10,045 nucleotides of DNA from a virus (Duplodnaviria; Heunggongvirae; Uroviricota; Caudoviricetes): IMG/VR virus record IMGVR_UViG_2703718777_000022; one strand, written 5' to 3'. This document shows, piece by piece, positions 6,585 through 10,045 of this stretch. Position 1 is the stretch's first letter. Each line of letters begins with the position of its first letter. The notes under the pieces were generated by a model. The model did no database searches, was not told where the DNA came from, and saw nothing but the letters and a program-made list of their open reading frames with translations. The translations under genes and the position numbers were made by a program.

Positions 6585-7979
6585 ATGGGACAAATTTTCA
6601 CCCCCCGCCCGTATCAAGACCTGATCATCAATCACCAAATCGAAACCCTGCGCGGCAACATCTGGGCAGGGATGGGGATGGGTAAAACCGTAGCAACACT
6701 CACTACGCTGGAAGATCTTTTCATGGCAGGGGCAGAAACACGCCCCGCGCTGGTCCTCGCGCCGCTACGTGTTGCAGCAAACACCTGGCCGGATGAAGCA
6801 ATGAAGTGGGGGCATTTGCGCAATATCGAGGTGCAGCCGATTGTTGGTAACGCCAAAGCGCGCTCTGCAGCGCTGGCGAACAGCAACGCGAGCGTTTTCA
6901 CCATCAACTACGATAACCTTGTCTGGCTGGTTGAGGAATTGGGAGAACGATGGCCGTTCGGTACTGTCATTCCAGATGAAAGCACCCGGCTAAAATCCTT
7001 CCGGCTGCGAGGTGGTGGTAAGCGCGCGGCGGCGCTGGGCAAAGTGGCGCATAAGTATGTCCGGCGCTGGATAAATCTCACCGGTACGCCAGCACCGAAC
7101 GGCCTGGTAGATTTGTGGGGACAATCGTGGTTTGTGGACCAAGGGCAACGTCTCGGGCGCACTTACGGCGCGTTTACCTCACGCTGGTTCAACTCGATAC
7201 AGTTTCCGGGACAGAGCTGGACTAAACTGGAGCCTTTTGCTCACTCACAGGGTGAAATACAGCGAGCATTAGCCGATGTGACCCTCTCGCTGGATGCGGC
7301 CGACTGGTTCGATATCAAAGACCCCATCCATAACGTAATCCGCGTGGATATGCCGCCGAAGGCCCGTCAGCAGTATCGTGAAATGGAAAAGGAAATGTTC
7401 CTCGAGCTGAATGGCGAAGGCATCGAAGCACCGAACGCCGCGGCAAAGACACTGAAGTGTCTGCAAATCGCCAGTGGCGCAGTATACACAGACGACACCG
7501 GAAGTTGGTCAGAACTGCATGACACCAAACTACAGGCGCTGGACAGCATACTGACCGAAGCAGCTGGCGCACCGGTGCTGGTTGCTTATCACTGGAAACA
7601 CGATCTTGAACGCTTGCTTAAAGCATTCCCTCGCGGTCGTCACCTCGACCAGGATCCACAGACACTGCGCGACTGGAATTCCGGAAAGATTCCTGTTCTC
7701 TTTGCACACCCAGCCAGCGCGGGCCACGGCCTGAACATGCAGGACGGCGGGAATATACTGGTATTTTTCTCACACTGGTGGGACCTGGAGCAGTATCAGC
7801 AAATTATTGAACGTATCGGCCCCACCAGGCAGATACAGGCCGGACACAATCGTCCGGTATTTATTCACCACATTATTGCTACCGACACTATGGATGAAAT
7901 GGTGATGGAGCGGCGCAACTCAAAACGAACAGTGCAGGACATCCTGCTCGATGCCATGAAAAAGAGAGGTATAGCATGA
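6585..7979 (+). CDS. SNF2-family (DEAD/DEAH-like superfamily 2) helicase
   Basis: 464 aa. PYQ Q-motif near the N-terminus, Walker A GMGMGKT, motif II VIPDEST, and a C-terminal helicase region with GHGLNMQ and QQIIERIGPTRQ (motif VI-like). Weak Shine-Dalgarno. Stop overlaps the next start (ATGA at 7976-7979). Confidence 0.85.
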   Translation: MGQIFTPRPYQDLIINHQIETLRGNIWAGMGMGKTVATLTTLEDLFMAGAETRPALVLAPLRVAANTWPDEAMKWGHLRNIEVQPIVGNAKARSAALANSNASVFTINYDNLVWLVEELGERWPFGTVIPDESTRLKSFRLRGGGKRAAALGKVAHKYVRRWINLTGTPAPNGLVDLWGQSWFVDQGQRLGRTYGAFTSRWFNSIQFPGQSWTKLEPFAHSQGEIQRALADVTLSLDAADWFDIKDPIHNVIRVDMPPKARQQYREMEKEMFLELNGEGIEAPNAAAKTLKCLQIASGAVYTDDTGSWSELHDTKLQALDSILTEAAGAPVLVAYHWKHDLERLLKAFPRGRHLDQDPQTLRDWNSGKIPVLFAHPASAGHGLNMQDGGNILVFFSHWWDLEQYQQIIERIGPTRQIQAGHNRPVFIHHIIATDTMDEMVMERRNSKRTVQDILLDAMKKRGIA

Positions 7980-8176
7980 GCGAGAAACCCGACGATTTAC
8001 TCACCCCGGATGAAGTATGCCAAAAGTTAGGTATTACACAGAAAACGCTATGTGAGTGGAATATTAAGCATCGTCATCGGGCTATCCTGGCACCAATTCG
8101 TTTCAGTGCAAAAGTAGTTCGTTATGAGCGCCGAAATGTCGACGCTTTTATTCAAAAATGTCGCAGCCAGTATTAA
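7976..8176 (+). CDS. AlpA/excisionase-like helix-turn-helix DNA-binding protein (putative Xis or regulator)
   Basis: 66 aa with GAGAGG 6 nt upstream. LLTPDEVCQKLGITQKTLCEW...VVRYERRNVDAFIQK fits the AlpA/Xis-type HTH pattern. It lies next to the integrase, and its stop codon overlaps the integrase stop on the opposite strand. Confidence 0.6.
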   Translation: MSEKPDDLLTPDEVCQKLGITQKTLCEWNIKHRHRAILAPIRFSAKVVRYERRNVDAFIQKCRSQY

Positions 8177-9570
8177 CCTCGCCGCCGTAGCAATGCCACC
8201 TGCGCAAGTATGCTCCGCTCGTGAGCCTCGAAAGCTTCGCGCTTCAACGCAATCTCTTCCTGTAAAATCTCATCAGAAAAGTCGTAATGTTCTGCCATCG
8301 GGTCATCTGACTTACTGGAGTGGTGAAGGCAAAGGAGGCTGATTTCCCTTCGGTCTGATCGGGAATAGCCTCTTTCCTTCATCAAGGCAATAACATTGCT
8401 CTTAAGGAATTTACGGCACATCGTATTAAATGCACCGTCTTTCCCTTTAACAGTCCCATCATGTTTTATTCCTTTTACAGCCCCGTCCGGGCTGTATGTT
8501 TTCACCAGCTTATCCAGTGATCGTTTTGAAAATGGCTGCATTGGATCACGTGGCTGCAAAAATACATAATCCCTGTTGCACTCAGGAACTGAATCACGCC
8601 AGGCTTTCTGCTCGTCGATAATCCGCCGGATCTCAGGCGTTATCGGCAGGCGGAAAGCCTTTTGTGTTTTCATAGCCCCTCGCATGCCGATAACCCCTTC
8701 CGGATAAACAATTTCACCAGCCTCCTCGTGAACGTAGTCCCAGCGCAGGTTATGGACATTAATCGGGCGAACGCCGGTGATGATCATGAAGCGAACAGCA
8801 TTCTTCTGGTGTACAGAGGTGCAGGCGGCAACATTGAGCCAGAGCCGGGCGATTGACTCAATATCGGTAAAAAGCCGTGTGGGGGTGGGTTTCTGTACGC
8901 GGGAGGAAACATAATCATCTGGCAGACTGGCGGCAACATTGCGGCCGTTGCAAAGAGTAGGTGCGCAGAACTTCCAGAACCGACGGAGCTCGGCAAACAA
9001 CTCTAGGGCGTTATTGTTCGAGCGAGTGGCGATCCACTCGTCCAGTACTTCCACCAGCCGATTGTATGTTACGTCGCTGAACACCTCTCGCTCGCCGAAC
9101 GTTGCTTTAATCCGGTCGATACGCACCCCGTAGGTTGTGAAACTGTCCGGGCTCAGCTTCTGCCGTGCTACTTTAGCTTTGAGGTCATCCCGGTACATTT
9201 CCAGCGCTGCATGTACGGACTCTGCCCGCAGTCCACCGTCAGCCATACCTAGTGCTTTTTCGCGCGCCAGTTGAATAGCGAGCTCCGGCCACTCGCCAAG
9301 CTTTTTACCTTTGAGGCCCATCTTTTTTGGAAACTCGGCGTAAAATGTAACCTTACCGGCTTTGCTGAAATCGATACGGAGATAGTTCTCTTTTTCGTAT
9401 TTGGAACGGCGAGCCACGCCGGAAGCAGCGAGGATGATTTTGGCAGCAGCAACACAGATTTTCATGTGTGCGCTGGTATAGGGGGGTTTACAGGCGTCCC
9501 ATTTTTCAGATGCGGCTAAAACATCGTCATTATTGGGGCTATCCGGATTATGTGTTACAGTGCGCGGCAT
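8173..9570 (-). CDS. tyrosine-type phage integrase
   Basis: The N-terminal region resembles an arm-binding domain (YLRIDFSKAGKVTFYAEFPKKMGLKGKKLGEWPELAIQLAREKA). The C-terminus has an LLCLHHSSKSDDPMAEHY box matching the LGH...Y catalytic tyrosine region, and an Arg in TGVRPINV. The expected H-x-x-R box is not canonical (NTMCRKF). I place the start at the ATG 9568-9570 (AAGGA 6 nt upstream) rather than the track's TTG at 9574-9576. Confidence 0.75.
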   Translation of the reverse strand: MPRTVTHNPDSPNNDDVLAASEKWDACKPPYTSAHMKICVAAAKIILAASGVARRSKYEKENYLRIDFSKAGKVTFYAEFPKKMGLKGKKLGEWPELAIQLAREKALGMADGGLRAESVHAALEMYRDDLKAKVARQKLSPDSFTTYGVRIDRIKATFGEREVFSDVTYNRLVEVLDEWIATRSNNNALELFAELRRFWKFCAPTLCNGRNVAASLPDDYVSSRVQKPTPTRLFTDIESIARLWLNVAACTSVHQKNAVRFMIITGVRPINVHNLRWDYVHEEAGEIVYPEGVIGMRGAMKTQKAFRLPITPEIRRIIDEQKAWRDSVPECNRDYVFLQPRDPMQPFSKRSLDKLVKTYSPDGAVKGIKHDGTVKGKDGAFNTMCRKFLKSNVIALMKERGYSRSDRREISLLCLHHSSKSDDPMAEHYDFSDEILQEEIALKREAFEAHERSILAQVALLRRRG

Positions 9571-9704
9571 TCTCAATCCTTATCTGCGTAGGCGCAGAAA
9601 ACAAGCTCACACATACAAGTCTTTTCTACGGGACAAAATGCAATGTGTTGCGGTTTTGTGTTGCTGGACTGAGTTTATCAAGGTTAAATACACTGGATCA
9701 ACAT

Positions 9705-9752
9705 ACAGTAAGTTAATGACAGTAAAGCATACAAACTCGATACAACTTACTG
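9705..9752. repeat. short direct and inverted repeats between the integrase and yfhL; candidate integrase-binding or attachment-site sequences
   Basis: cagtaagtt (9706-9714) is the exact reverse complement of aacttactg (9744-9752). acagtaa occurs as a direct repeat at 9705-9711 and 9719-9725. The true att core cannot be defined without the other end of the element or an empty-site sequence. Confidence 0.2.
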
Positions 9753-9775
9753 ATTTTAAAATGATTTAACGGTAA

Positions 9776-10045
<270 letters not shown>

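Noticed and set aside
6632-7727. Minus-strand ORFs inside the helicase gene (6632..6907, 6908..7162, 7269..7466, 7315..7572, 7367..7549, 7530..7727)
   Set aside because: Contained within the helicase ORF, which has clear Walker A and B and motif VI; no independent support.
8124-9519. Plus-strand ORFs antisense to the integrase (8124..8342, 8662..8856, 8939..9133, 9271..9519) and the minus ORFs 8784..8996 and 9249..9455
   Set aside because: All lie inside the integrase reading frame region and are most simply shadow ORFs.
9468-9769. ORFs 9468..9716 + and 9533..9769 + spanning the int-yfhL spacer
   Set aside because: They overlap the integrase 5' end, lack ribosome-binding sites, and cross a region better explained as the integrase promoter or attachment region.

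Overview
This window looks like the integrase-proximal arm of a temperate phage-like integrative element in an enterobacterial chromosome, ending next to the host ferredoxin gene yfhL (9785..10045). All calls rest on reading the translated ORFs and the nucleotide sequence by eye; no database search or folding was run. The plus strand carries a phage replication module: a Cas4-like/DUF2800-type nuclease (5' end off-window), a DUF2815-like SSB, a family A DNA polymerase with 3'-5' exonuclease motifs, a small PerC/ANR-like protein, a DUF4406-like protein, a VRR-NUC nuclease and an SNF2-type helicase. It ends in an AlpA/Xis-like HTH gene convergent with a tyrosine integrase. Three things are not explained by that backbone and are the best candidates for something undescribed: (1) an AT-rich, opposite-strand gene for a 3-TM membrane protein wedged between the SSB and polymerase genes; (2) a convergent, 3'-overlapping pair of paralogous Arc/Mnt-type RHH genes whose 5' ends form an inverted duplication, one of them missing from the ORF track; (3) an operator-like array of alternating CTCACA/TGTGAG half-sites between the Mnt-like gene and a small-ORF-plus-Rha gene pair, resembling the P22 immI antirepressor switch.
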